DNA of 64,000 nucleotides from Macrostomum hystrix (lineage: Eukaryota > Animalia > Platyhelminthes), in NCBI GenBank assembly GCA_950097015.1, contig CATNEN010000024.1, positions 4,588,001-4,652,000 on the forward strand, read 5' to 3'. Made by a program: the position numbers and the translations under genes. The notes under the pieces were generated by a model. That model had not been told where the DNA came from. It saw nothing but the letters and a program-made list of their open reading frames with translations, and searched no databases. Below are positions 13,741-26,409 of the stretch, piece after piece; within the stretch, counting starts at the first letter, position 1; each line of letters opens with the position of its first letter.

Positions 13741-16396
13741 TATGACAATAATTTTTATACCGAAAACTCCTCAAAGGTCTGAGATCAAAGTTGGCTTTTC
13801 TATATTCGCAGGTTTGCGTCTTGAATTAATTTCTTTTTATCTTAAATAGCTAGCCAGATGCACATTGAATTAAAACTGTGAGGCTCCACTATAGAAGCAG
13901 ATTAGCTAAAAGAATTGCTTGGCCGTGACAGACAGAGCGCACCGCACGCCCAGGATGAAGGAGGTGCATGAGCTCGGGAAAGATCGGTCCTAGATATTTT
14001 ATTTTCCTCCAGAGAGAGAGCGGGAGAGAGAGAGCGGCAGCAGGAGATGAGCTCAGAATGTTTATGCTAATGAGACTGCGCTGTTAATCAGCTCTTCGTA
14101 GGTGGCACTTGGCCTTCCAATATAGTTTCCCCCTCCTCCTTAGTCCTATACACCATTTTGCCCTTGCTCATTCTCATCCCGTTCTCCCATGCGCCCGATC
14201 CCCTATATCCCCCCGGCTGCGGATCTCCCCAGTTTAGGTGAACAGGTTGTCTCGGGGATAGGGCGCGATTCCCGCTTCGAGCCGAAGCGCATTTTCTGGA
14301 AGCGGAGACGGTTTTGAGTATTGGCGGGTCCAGGGGAGATTTCACGTAGGTCCCGTATATAGCATCCCCCAATAAGTCTCAAATTGAATTTTTGCTCCCA
14401 TGCAGGCCATCTCTTGTCCCCCTCCCCAGTCCGGAAAATATTCAAATTGGGCCCCGGTTCAGCACACAGCAAACGTATGCCACTCCGCTCCCATCAACGC
14501 AATCCAAGCAACCTATGCCAGTTTGCTCCTCAAAAACACACCAGATAATCCCTAAAAATTGTTTCCCATACTCCACCGCGGTCGATCCTCTAACCAACCT
14601 CCCCAACAGCCTCGCAGTCAGACCCATCCCCAGCCTCCACGCCACCAATTTGCAGTCCGAGTCTACGCTGACCCACACACCGCGGGGACTCCTAAACAGT
14701 TAAGCGAGTATTGCAGTCCACGCTTTGGCATTTAGCATCAGAATGCAGCATCTGTCAATGTGTTGCATGCTTTACCAATGCCAGTCCTCCCCTAATCTGA
14801 CCCTCTCATTAGTAAACTAAACACACATGCTTCCTGAATCCATCCGCAACTCGCTACTAAAAAATACAACGGTGAACCTGTTGATCACTAAACTGATCAG
14901 AGAGATACACTTCTCTCGATTCCTTCCTTCCTGAATCAGCTAATCGAGCCCAATATAGGCGGTCTGGTCATTCAACCATAATTAGCCCTATCTGAGCCAC
15001 GCTGAATATAGTGTAATTACCGGATCATGCCCACCTCACTCCCAACTGCCGGCCTTCCGCTCTGAGAAAAAAAAACCGGTTTCAAATATTGCCAAGGGAC
15101 TCATTAACGAGCTTTACTAATAGCTATAGATGGTGATTTTTGAAGCTTCGGGAGAGAATGGGGGATCAACAATCGTTTCTCCCTAAACTTCCGCAAAGGT
15201 AATTGCTCGAGTGGTCTCCTCTGAGGGTAGTATGGGGGCCACTTCCCACACCCGCCACCTCATCCTACTCATCCCCTGATTCCGCGAACTATATTTCATC
15301 CCTCCCCGCGAGCAGTTTGAGTCCGGATGTGAGTTGAGCCGATTAAACATGTGCTAGACCAATTAAGGATCACAAACTTTATCTAACAATCGATTGGAAG
15401 ATTGTAGATCGATCTGCTTTTTTCCTTCTGGGATAATAAAAAGTTTTTCAATTTGAAAACCGGCAAGGTGAATTATCCTCTCGATTGCTATTTTATAGCT
15501 AAACGTAACAAAAAAAGAACTCCAGATTAATTTGCCAGATTTCCGGATGAAACCTGTCGACTGGAAAAGAAAGAAAATAAACAAATTTAATTGCGCAAGG
15601 CAGGCAAGCAGTCGCGAACCAATTTCAGCCACCTATATAGGCCCGAATGTCAGGTCCGATCAAGCCTACTCAATCATTCCGCTTAACTCCTGCCCAGGCC
15701 GCATGACAGAAAGAACGGTTACGGATTCTGGCAGTCTAAATTTTCCAAACCTCACTTATTTTTCTCTTTTTTTCTCTTCTACTTCTCATATAGTTAATGC
15801 TCGGTATATCCCACCTACGATATTAGGCCCAAATCCCAACGGATTTAGCTCTTTGCCGTATGACTAATATCTAAATAATAAATATATACAGACATTACGT
15901 ATGTCTCAGCCAGCTCCGTGCCATATAAATATAAAATCGAGTCCGATCGGGACTTGTTTCCAATTGCCTGGTATCGGTGCGAGATGAGGATTCGGAGGGG
16001 GAAAGCGCTTTTGGGATGTGAAGAAAAAAACGGACGAGAAGAGGTATATATAGAGAGAGGATGGGGCGGGGAAGAAGGCACCACCTGAATTAGGTCGACA
16101 GATTGGGAGACGGACGTAGGATTTTTTAGGATCTGCGAGTAGAGTTGCTACCATTTCTGAAAGCAGCAAAGCGGGCTTCAGCTTCGGGATTTCGAAGTCG
16201 ACGATTAAGCATGAGGCGAGACACGTTTGGCAATTGGCGGGGGGGACTTTCGATTGCGAGAAATTACATGGGTCGGCATAAATACTTGTTGTTGTAGTAC
16301 TAATAATATTAACGTGATTTTCGCAAAGACTTGTTGATAACCTGAAGGGACATTGGAATAACTTCCTTTTGGAGGTGCTGTGGACATCTAATTTTC

Positions 16397-16575
16397 TACC
16401 CCAACTGATGGTACCCATTTTAGAGCTGGTTGATAATCGAGAGTTAGGTGTGGCGTCCCCCCAGTCCATGGACTGAACAGCCGTACGCAGCCTTCAGATG
16501 CGCCGCGCAATAGCTGCGGCTGTGCTGTCGGCTGCACATCTGGCCTAACTTGGGCAGGCGTAATAAATTATTATT
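16397..16575 (+). mobile_element. 5'-truncated SINE family 2 copy with an inverted internal segment
   Basis: 16441-16575 matches the family-2 3' half in sense; 16397-16433 is the reverse complement of the adjacent ccagctgttaaatgggtaccagcatcagctgggg block. Confidence 0.75.
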
Positions 16576-16665
16576 GAAGACACTATGGAATTAAGCGAGA
16601 TTCGAACTCTGGACCACTCATTATGTCACACGTAATGTGTCATCTGCATAGTTAAGACTCTAAAG

Positions 16666-17132
16666 CAGGGGTCGGCAAACTCCGGCCCGCGGGCCAGATG
16701 CGGCCCTCGAAGCTCCCAAATCCGGCCCGTTGCCCCTTCTGACATCTACAGTGTCCTGTTTCATCTCTCTCGTGTCTAATCTCTCCTGTGTCTCATCGCT
16801 CTCGTGTCTAATCTCTCCCGTGTCTCATCTCTCCCGTTTCTAATCTCTCCTGTGTCTCATCGCTCTCGTGTCTCATCTCTCCTGTGTCTCATCTCTCCCC
16901 TGTCTTATATCTCCCGTGTCTTATCTCTCCCGTGTCTAATCTCTCTCGTGTCTAATCTCTCCCGTGTCTAATCTCTCCCGTGTCTAATCTCTCCCGTGTC
17001 TCATCTCTCCCGTGTCTAATCTCTCCCGTGTCTCATCTCTCCCCTATCTCATATTTATACAGTCAATGCGGCCCGCTGTCGTCTTTTAGGTTCTCTCTTT
17101 GGCCCGCCGGCAAATAAGTTTGCCTACCACTG
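16666..17132 (+). mobile_element. Intact non-autonomous hAT (Charlie-like) MITE, 467 bp
   Basis: TIRs caggggtcggcaaact ... aagtttgcctaccactg; perfect 8-bp TSD ctctaaag at 16658-16665 and 17133-17140; internal 16-bp repeats. Confidence 0.92.
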
Positions 17133-18849
17133 CTCTAAAGTCTAGAAAACTAAGGGAACATGGATCCTATAAGGAGACTCCTACTCGTATATACGAATAT
17201 GTGTCTACAAGAAAAGACTAACTTATTATCGAACATAAACAAAACAAAAAAAATAAGTTGTGGAGATGGCCACATTTTTTACTCAAGCCTTCGAAACTGA
17301 TAGTCGACACACTCACCACCTCACACCCGGAGGCGAATGAAGAACTGACACGCTCCTTCTTCGTGTTAAAAAATTCAGTTGCTGTTTTTCTATCCAAAGC
17401 CAAGATTTAGTCTAGAATGAGCTGCCATGTGAAAATTGTTAGAGCTGATGAAAACGAGGTTGCCCATCTGTTAGTCTGGCCTGTCTGTCATCAAAGTTTA
17501 TAATTCTTTTAATTTTTTGTAGAATTCATTCCTTCAGGCTACCTGCTTCAAGCATTTTTCTAGCTAGCTAGCTAGTTACTCATACTCACTCACTCTGCCC
17601 AATATCACAGAATGCAGTTTTTAGTTATATCGAAAGTGTCCAGCAGGCAGCTAGTCTCCGGGGAGATTTAGTTGCGAATGGGAAATAAGGAGGTGGAAGG
17701 GGAGAGTCGGGAGGTAGGCAGAGGGGGGGGGAAATTTCACCTCGTATCCTCCCGCCGCTGTCGAAATTCTCATAAACATCAAATAGTGGGGAGATATTTC
17801 TCTGTTCTCAAAGCTGTCTACATATTTTGAGTACTAGCTATCTATGCATAACTCGGAGAGACTGGGGATCATAAAGCCTTCACAAATATCTCCCCATTTA
17901 TGGTTCTGAACCATTCCTAATGTTTTTGGCTCTTGCGAGACAACGAAGGAACCGGAGTGTTTGGCAGGTAACTAGGCGACATCAGGCATTTGCTTCCTAA
18001 TCCATGCATATAAATTCTGTTCTATAAGGCGGCAGATGGATCAGGAATTATCAGGTAAAGAAACGCCTGTTCTATAGCCACAACCTGGTTGGCAAAGCGC
18101 AGAAGCAAAGTGCATTAAGCTTAACTAGAAATATGTCAGTCGTTAAAATATGCCTGTTTGCTGACACGCCAGTAAACCCAAGAAATAAATCTTATAGCCA
18201 GGGTTGAATTTATGAGCACACATCAGGTGACACTTCGACTATAGCGCTAGCTATTGAGGGGGGATGCAGGACATTTTAAACTTACCGGTTCATGGGAATC
18301 AGGAAAAGCATAAGAGAGAAGCGTGGGAGAGAGGCTTTGATGCTTCAAAGATATCGGTGGGATAACTAAGGTAGGCCATTGGCGGATCAACTATAGGTGA
18401 CTGGAGAGGCATAAATATGGAAACTAAACTTGACCGTATTATTGTGTCCGGCATTGGGTCCGCACTAACTCACATGTAGCAGCTACGCATTATTACTAAG
18501 ATATTGCTATAATCACAGCCACAGGTCCACAACAAATAGTGTGAAAATAGCTAACTAGTCGTCTCAAATTTCAGCCTAAAGGGCGCGATTTTGCTGTGGG
18601 AAAATTATTTTTTTTCTGATTTGGTAAAGGTATTGAGAATAAAAAGGTCATTGACAGTTAACAGACCTTGTCCACAAACATCAATGGGTCAACAACCTAC
18701 GGAATGCGGAACCGCCCCCCCCCGACCCCTTTAGCATATATTCTCCTCTCCCGTCTCATCGCTCATCATTCTTTCCTCTCTTCAGTCTGCTCTCTACCCA
18801 GCCTACAACTCTCAACTGCCACATCTCTCTTCAGTCTCCTCTATCTCCA

Positions 18850-19480
18850 CTCCCCAACTGTCTCATCTCTCTTAAATCTTCTCTCTCCCCACCTTTCTCA
18901 TCTCTCATTAGTCTCCTCTCTCCCCACCTGTCTCATCTCTCATTAGTCTCCTCTCTCCACCTGTCTCATCTCTCATTAGTCTCCTCTCTCCCCACCTGTC
19001 TCATCTCTCATTAGTCTCCTCTCTCCCCCACCTGTCTCATCTCTCCACCTGTCTCATCTCTCCACCTGTCTCATCTCTCATTAGTCTCATCTCTCCACCT
19101 GTCTCATCTCTCATTAGTCTCCTCTCTCCACCTGTCTTATCTCTCATTAGTCTCCTCTCTCCACCTGTCTCACCTCTCATTAGTCTCATCTCTCCACCTG
19201 TCTCATCTCTCCACCTGTCTCATCTCTCCACCTGTCTCATCTCTCCACCTGTCTCATCTCTCATTAGTCTCCTCTCTCCACACCTGTCTCATCTCTCATT
19301 AGTCTTCTCTCTCCACCTGTCTCATCTCTCATTAGTCTCCTCTCTCCACCTGTCTCATCTCTCATTAGTCTCCTCTCTCCCCAATTGTCTCCTCTCACCC
19401 GTCCCCAGCGTTATCTCTCCTGACAATCCGTCCCGCTGTCGTCTTTAAGATTTGTCATTATTATTTTCTGGCAAAGTTTG
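18850..19480 (+). repeat. CT-rich 17/26-bp array related to the MITE 16-mer, ending in a decayed MITE right end
   Basis: Units tctcatctctccacctg and tctcattagtctcc; followed by cccgctgtcgtcttt..ggcaaagtttg, matching the MITE right arm. Confidence 0.7.
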
Positions 19481-21355
19481 TTAAGGTTGCAACTTGCAAG
19501 CGACATAGTTTGGAGAAAAAAATCAGCAGAAAACGCTAAGAAAAAAGATAATTTGCACAGACGAAAAGTTTGAATCACGACATATTATATTAAATATATA
19601 ATTAATGACTTCACAGCTAACAGTATCCTATAGTTGTTGCGCTGTTTTTTCCAGTTCTAACTCTGTTAGACCCAGCGTCGCTTCTAGCATCGGTGAAGTT
19701 TCTCCAAAAATAGGGTCCAAAATCATTTATCGCGAATTTCGTTCTTAAAAAGCTAGACTGCAACGCATATGATATAGCTAGTCTTAACAAGAGAAAGTTA
19801 ATATTTCAATGTCAAAACAACTTAACTATCCTAAGACCATCTTTTAAAAGTCGCGCTTAATGATTTACTAACTAAATAGATGAAAATTTCCAGCAAAATA
19901 TGCAGCTATCAGGTAGCAATTCCCCATTTGTAGGACTGTGACTATATACTCGTATATATGTATAGACATCTGGTGCATATACCAACTACAATATTGCTGG
20001 GACAGGTGGCGCATGTCACAAAATACTCAAACAATTGAAATCTGATAGTTGAAAAATGACTAACCGAAGTTAATTTTTTTAGTAAGAATTCTATATGCAG
20101 TAGAAAAACAAATTGTCTTACATACCTGATGTCTTCTGGGGCCGTTTCTGCTTTCGCCTGTTCAGCGCAAATTCCATTTTAATCATGTCTGGCTGATTTT
20201 TGTTGACTTTGAATAATAGATTGTTGTCAATCCTGAATTTCCGCTAGCCTAGATATGGCAAAAGCAAAGTGGAGCAGGCCTTTTTTTCTTGAAGCAGTTT
20301 CTTCGGGGGGTTTTGTATCATCCGCCAATTTGAAGTGAGCAGCAAGGTGGCAGAGCATTGGGGTGGTCGGTTCCTCGGTGTGGGAGATTCCTAGTTGGTA
20401 GCTCAAGAACTGGCCAAAAAAATTGGGGAGGGGAGGAAGCGGTCAGAGGTGGTGAAGGGGTGGCTGCCGAATAACAGGCCACGCGACTAAATTTCTGCCA
20501 GCCGTGAGCCAATCCCAATCTAGTAGTATTCGATATTCGAAGTTGTTCCAGTTTCCCTATTCTATAAGGCGGGATGACAATTTTCACAGTAGCAATTTTC
20601 ACAGTTGCAACAAGAAACAGAATAAATATGATTTTGTTGCACAAGTTCAAGCAATCTTTTACCTGTTGCTTTAGTCGCTTTTGTCCAACGTGAGTAAAGG
20701 TAAAAGTTAAAAACTACACTTGTGTTTAATGAACGAACCAAATGAAGATCTTAATGCCATAGACAGGGGTGAAAAAAGCTCCCCTCGTTCTTAGTCGCTT
20801 CTTATAGTCGAGTTTTCTTGTCCTTAAAATGGTTAGACTGGGGCTTTGAATTTGTTTTCCTGACTTCAGCCACCCTAAAAAACGAATGCACCTCCCTTTA
20901 GTCCACGTTGTATGCCAAGCCAGACCAGCCACCCCAATATATCGAGCCACGATTCTCCGCATTTGACGAATTGAGAATTTAGAGCAGAAGTGTCAGGGGT
21001 CTTCTGGCAGAGGTAGGGGGTGGCGCTCGATCGGCTTTAGTCAGGATTGGGGTGGGGGGCAAGGCTTTTGTGACTTCTCGCAGACCAGACTTGTTGTTTT
21101 CTGTCTGTTATTTCCTCTAAGTGAGACAGTGAGGCTGGAAAGTGTGAAATCCTCTGTTTTCTTTAATTCGCCAGACGCACATGCTAGATTGAAGGTGCAT
21201 CAATAAAATAATAGTGCTTTAGAAGTGGACAGACTTGAGACTGGAAAAACAAATCTTAAGAAGATAAACAAGATGTTTGTTCAATCAATTAGTTCAACGA
21301 ATTGTTTGTTCTGGATCAGCTGGCCAAAACACAGAGTTATTTCTTTACCTTAGCT

Positions 21356-22218
21356 CAGGGGTCGGCAAACTTATTAGCAAGCGGGCCAGAAAGAGAACCT
21401 GAAAGACGACAGTGGGCCTCAATTGACTGTAGAAATATAAGAGAAATATATCAGAGATGAGACACGGGAGAGATGAGGCACGGGACAGATGAGACACGGG
21501 AGAGATGAGACACGGCAGAGATGAGACACGGGAGAGATGAGACACGGGAGAGATGAGACACGGGAGAGATGAGACATGGGAGAGAAGTCACAAGGGAGAG
21601 GTGACACACGGGGGAGATGAGACATGGGACTCGGGAGAGATGACACACGGGAGAGAAGTTACAAGGGAGAGGTGACACACGGGGGAGATGAGACACGGGA
21701 GAGATGACACACGGGAGAGAAGTCACAAGGGAGAGGTGACACACGGGGGAGATGAGACACGGGAGAGATGAGACACGGGAGAGATGAGACACGGGAGAGA
21801 TGAGACATGGGAGAGAAGTCACAAGGGAGAGGTGACACACGGGAGAGATGACACACGGGAGAGATGACACACGGGAGAGATGACACACGGGAGAGATGAC
21901 ACACGGGAGAGATGACACACGGGAGAGATGACACACGGGAGAGATGACACACGGGAGAGATGACACACGGGAGAGATGACACACGGGAGAGATGACACAC
22001 GGGAGAGATGACACACGGGAGAGATGACACACGGGAGAGATGACACACGGGAGAGATGACACACGGGAGAGATGACACACGGGAGAGGTGACACACGGGG
22101 GAGATGAGACAGGGGAAAGATAAAACAGTATACTATGGGTGTCGGAAGGGGCAACGGGCCGTATTTGGGAGCTTTGACGGCCGCATCTGGCCCGCAGGCC
22201 GGAGTTTGCCGACCCCTG
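21356..22218 (-). mobile_element. Intact non-autonomous hAT MITE, 863 bp, with expanded 16-bp minisatellite
   Basis: TIRs caggggtcggcaaact ... agtttgccgacccctg; perfect 8-bp TSD ccttagct at 21348-21355 and 22219-22226. Confidence 0.93.
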
Positions 22219-23212
22219 CCTTAGCTACTAGTTTGTTTAGAGGACTTGATTAGTTTAAGTTTAGGTATTTTGGCGGTGAATTTGCTTGGCAAATCGGGGG
22301 GGAGAAGATTTGTGGCTAAAGAAGACAGCCCAGGAAAATTCACCTGCTTGCAAGTTCGCTGGCTCATTTTTTTTTTCGGAGGTGGGACCAGGGAGCATTA
22401 TAGGAGTTAAAGGGGTTTTGTCTTATCTGAAGCAATTTTCTGTTCGAGTCAGTCAACTGGTGGGCAAAATGGGTTTAGTTAGGGATCTGGTCCAGTATAA
22501 GGTAAAGGGGTGGTTAGAATGAGATCACGCGCGACCCTCATTCGTATTAGAAGCACCCGGGGTTTGTCCCTCATTCGTTTCTTATTTTTCTACCTCTTTA
22601 ACTAACCTGCAGGCGGCAGTAGCCACCACCCAACATTTACCGCCCCCCCTCCTCTAACCAAAAATTCAGTTCCACAATGCCACCACATACTGAGTCCTTG
22701 AGTTATTCAGTCCTGACACGGACAGAGGTAAAGCATTGGTGAAAAATTACACCTGCCTTTTGGCCTGCCACCGCGCTGGTAGGATTAATATCTATAATTT
22801 TCTACTTATCCCAACCCAACGATCCCCCCTGTCTTGTGTGTCTCGTCTGCGACAATCTAAATTTCTCTTCAGGGCTCATATAGTTCCCAGGGGGAGTGCG
22901 CTAGCCGACATTGTGAGCAGTTATTGAGTTATTGCCACAGTCCGACACAAACACCCCCCTATAAGGCTTTACCTATAACTATAAGGCTTGTCAAGGTTGC
23001 GCTGGCGTGTTTGTTGTTGCTGCTTCTGCTTCTATTGTTTCGCTTAACTAAATTGGTCCAGGATTCCAGGAATGTTAGGGGAAGGGGCGCATGCCATGCA
23101 AAGCCACTGCATTTTTAAGATAGATTTTCGCTACAACGGGGCTTCGGTCCGATTTTTGGGTCCTAACTTTTAAGTCTTCAGAGTTTCGGCTTAATTTCGT
23201 TTTTTTAGATTT

Positions 23213-23905
23213 CGGGTTAATTAAGTTTCGGGTTTGTCAAGTTTCGGGTTTATCTAAGTTTCGGGTTTGTCAAGTTTCGGGTTTATCTAAGTTTCGGGTT
23301 TGCCAAGTTTCGGGTTTATCTAAGTTTCGGGTTTGTCAAGTTTCGGGTTTATCTAAGTTTCGGGTTTGTCAAGTTTCGGGTTTATCTAAGTTTCGCGTTT
23401 GTCAAGTTTCGGGTTTATCTAAGTTTCGGGTTTGTCAAGTTTTGGGTTTGTCAAGTTTCGGGTTTATCTAAGTTTCGGGTTTGTCAAGTAACAGGTTTAT
23501 CTAAGTTTCGGGTTTGTCAAGTTTCGGGTTTATCTAAGTTTCGGGTTTGTCAAGTTTCGGGTTTATCTAAGTTTCGCGTTTGTCAAGTTTCGGGTTTATC
23601 TAAGTTTCGGGTTTGTCAAGTTTTGGGTTTGTCAAGTTTCGGGTTTATCTAAGTTTCGGGTTTGTCAAGTAACAGGTTTATCTAAGTTTCGGGTTTGTCA
23701 AGTTTCGGGTTTATCTAAGTTTCGGGTTTGTCAAGTTTCGGGTTTATCTAAGTTTCGGGTTTGTCAAGTATCGGGTTTATCTAAGTTTCGGGTTTGTCAA
23801 GTTTCGGGTTTGTCAAGTTTCGGGTTTATCTAAGTTTCGGGTTTGTCAAGTTTCGGGTTTGTTAAGTTTCGGATTTGCTAAGTTTCGGATTTGCTAAGTT
23901 TCGGG
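23213..23905. repeat. 33-bp dimeric minisatellite (gtttcgggtttgtcaa + gtttcgggtttatctaa)
   Basis: Alternating 16- and 17-bp subunits. Confidence 0.92.
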
Positions 23906-24730
23906 TGCAATGCAAAAATGGGTGCCATGATTAAGGGCACTATATAGATTAGTAGGTGCACAGTAATTATCCAGCATAGGTTTCTGTAATGTCGTATCGA
24001 TAATAAACTATCCGATTATTATCCAGTTAGGGATTGCAGTCCCAAAAGCAGCCCAATCATGTCCTGTGTGCATGCATGGGGGAAGTGGCAACCGAAATTA
24101 GCCAGGTGCAAATAGCCATCTGCTCAGAATGAGCTGGTTGAGCTGGGAAGCCAATAGTTTTATTAGGAGCCCCAGGACACACACATGGATCCTTTCATGG
24201 AGTTGTTTATGTATTCGATAATATATATATATACCTATACACGTATGGCACATACGTTATAAGTTATTATACCTATGCAAGATGATGATCGCATTCCCCA
24301 GACAGACAAACAATAAGTATTTCCTAACTAACTAACCTAACAGAAGGAAGTCATAGATAAGACTTCCATAGATCATTAGTTCGATGCTATGTATTAACTA
24401 GAGTAGAACGCTAAATATCTAAATATTGGACTGCTCTTATCGAAACTTATCCCATTTTATCGTGAACTAGAGTTTGTCTGGTTTCAAATATACAAAAAAC
24501 TACCGGCCAGTCTCAATGGAAAAACTTGCTTGCCTTTTATTAGAACTCAAACTAGCTAGCGGCCGCCGGTTAACATCAAAAGCATTTCGAAAAGCTAATT
24601 TTAAAGTACAAAAAAGACATAAGAAACTAACAAACTGAAATTCTTCTCCCCCATCCTCTCTCTCTCTCTTCCCCATTCTCTCTCTTCCCAATTCTCTCTT
24701 CTCATTCACTGCATTTATGAAAATCGCTCA

Positions 24731-24781
24731 TTTTGCCCTGACGAAGATTATACGAATATAATATAAGAGAAAATTCGGCAC
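24731..24781 (+). ncRNA. Minimal type-I hammerhead ribozyme motif, copy 1 (stem II disturbed)
   Basis: UGCC-CUGACGA-A-G[AUUAUA cgaa UAUAAU]AUAAGA-GAAA-AU-UC-GGCA: core, 4-bp stem I and palindromic AAUU stem III are present; stem II carries an unpaired 3' insert. Confidence 0.5.
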
Positions 24782-24844
24782 TTTTTAATCTTAACGGACT
24801 TTCTTCCCCTTTTTGCCGTCAGTGCCTGCGGTGTTTGAGGCGCT

Positions 24845-25830
24845 CCTCCTCTCTCCCTCTCTCTCCCTCTCTTCCTTTCACTCTCCCTCTCTCCCTCTCT
24901 CCCTCTCACTCTCGCTCTCTCCCTCTCACTCTCACTCTCTCCCTCTCACTCTCGCTCTCCCTCTCACCCTCTCTCTTCCTTTCACTCTCCCTCTCTCCCT
25001 CTCTCCCTCTCTCCCTCTCACTCTCGCTCTCTCCCTCTCACTCTCGCTCTCTCCCTCTCACTCTCGCTCTCTCCCTCTCACTCTCGCTCTCCCTCTCACT
25101 CTCTCTCTTCCTCTCACTCTCCCTCTCTCCCTCTCTCCCTCTCACTCTCGCTCTCTCCCTCTCACTCTCGCTCTCTCCCTCTCACTCTCTCTCTTCCTCT
25201 CACTCTCGCTCTCTCCCTCTCACTCTCGCTCTCCCTCTCACTCTCTCTCTTCCTTTCACTCTCCCTCTCTCCCTCTCTCCCTCTCACTCTCGCTCTCTCC
25301 CTCTCACTCTCGCTCTCTCGCTCTCTCTCTCGCTCTCCCTCTCACTCTCTCTCTTCCTTTCACTCTCCCTCTCTCCCTCTCTCCCTCTCTCCCTCTCACT
25401 CTCGCTCTCTCCCTCTCACTCTCGCTCTCTCGCTCTCTCTCTCTCTCGCTTTTCTGCCCTGACGAAGAATTTTTAATTCGAAATATCGGCAAAGTTAAAA
25501 TTAAAGTCAGCCTTAACTCTTTACCGCGTCAGTGCCTGGGATTGGAGGTGCTCTCCTCTCTCTCCCCCTCTCTCCCTCTCTCACTCTCTCTCTTCTTTTC
25601 ACTCTCCCTCTCTCCCTCTCTCCCTCTCTCCCTCTCACTCTCTCTCTTCCTTTCACTCTCCCTCTCTCCCTCTCTCCCTCTCACTCTCGCTCTCTCCCTC
25701 TCTCCCTCTCTCACTCTCGCTCTCTCCCTCTCACTCTCGCTCGCTCCCTCTCACTCTGCCTCTCTCCGTCTCTCTTCCCCATTCTCTCTCTTCACCACTC
25801 TCTCTTCCCCATTCTATTCCCCATTTTCAT
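24845..25830. repeat. CT-rich low-complexity arrays (ctctccctctcactctcg-type) between and after the hammerhead motifs
   Basis: Two tracts, about 24845-25447 and about 25550-25830. Confidence 0.9.
25451..25494 (+). ncRNA. Minimal type-I hammerhead ribozyme motif, copy 2 (intact)
   Basis: UGCC(25455-58)-CUGACGA(25459-65)-A-GAAUU uuu AAUUC-GAAA(25480-83)-UA-UC(25486-87)-GGCA: complete core, 5-bp stem II closed by G-C, stem I UGCC/GGCA, palindromic AUAU stem III; predicted cleavage after C25487. Confidence 0.75.
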
Positions 25831-26409
25831 TCGACCACTCATTTTAATTCTATTCCCAAGTTTTCATGCTATTTCCCATTGTCCCGCTATTCATAAGTTG
25901 CTCTCAGGACATTCGAAATTTTAATTTGTTTCGATTACATATTTGCCAAACATTATTCCCAGTTGAGTCCTATCACTTTCTATATGCCCACGCCATGTCA
26001 AGTCAAATAAGGTTTCGCTGCGGTGTCTGATAAACACTAATTGCTATTATTATAAATGTCACACAGAATACAACAAGACAAAGCGTCACTTCCGAACGCG
26101 ATCGAATTTCATAAATATATTGATTATAACAAAGTCACCTTGCTGACAACAGAAATGATTAAATTAAAGCAAAAATGCTGTTGATAATTTCAATGATCCT
26201 CTGGGAATACGAGCTATATGATTGCATCAGCTCATTAGCTGATCCTATGTACCTACTTATCTACGCGATTCTCAAATTACTCAATGTAGTAATACAGAAT
26301 TGGCAGTTTAAAGCTGTATTACCTGTCATTATTGCTGAATATAAAATGTTAATTCTAAATTTCAGTTACCGAGTTTCCCCCGGTCTAACCAAGATTCCAG
26401 ATCGAACGA

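Noticed and set aside
24813-25847. Ser/Leu/Pro-rich ORFs here and at 28185-29114
   Set aside because: CT/GA low-complexity DNA; the informative signal is the RNA motif, not a protein.
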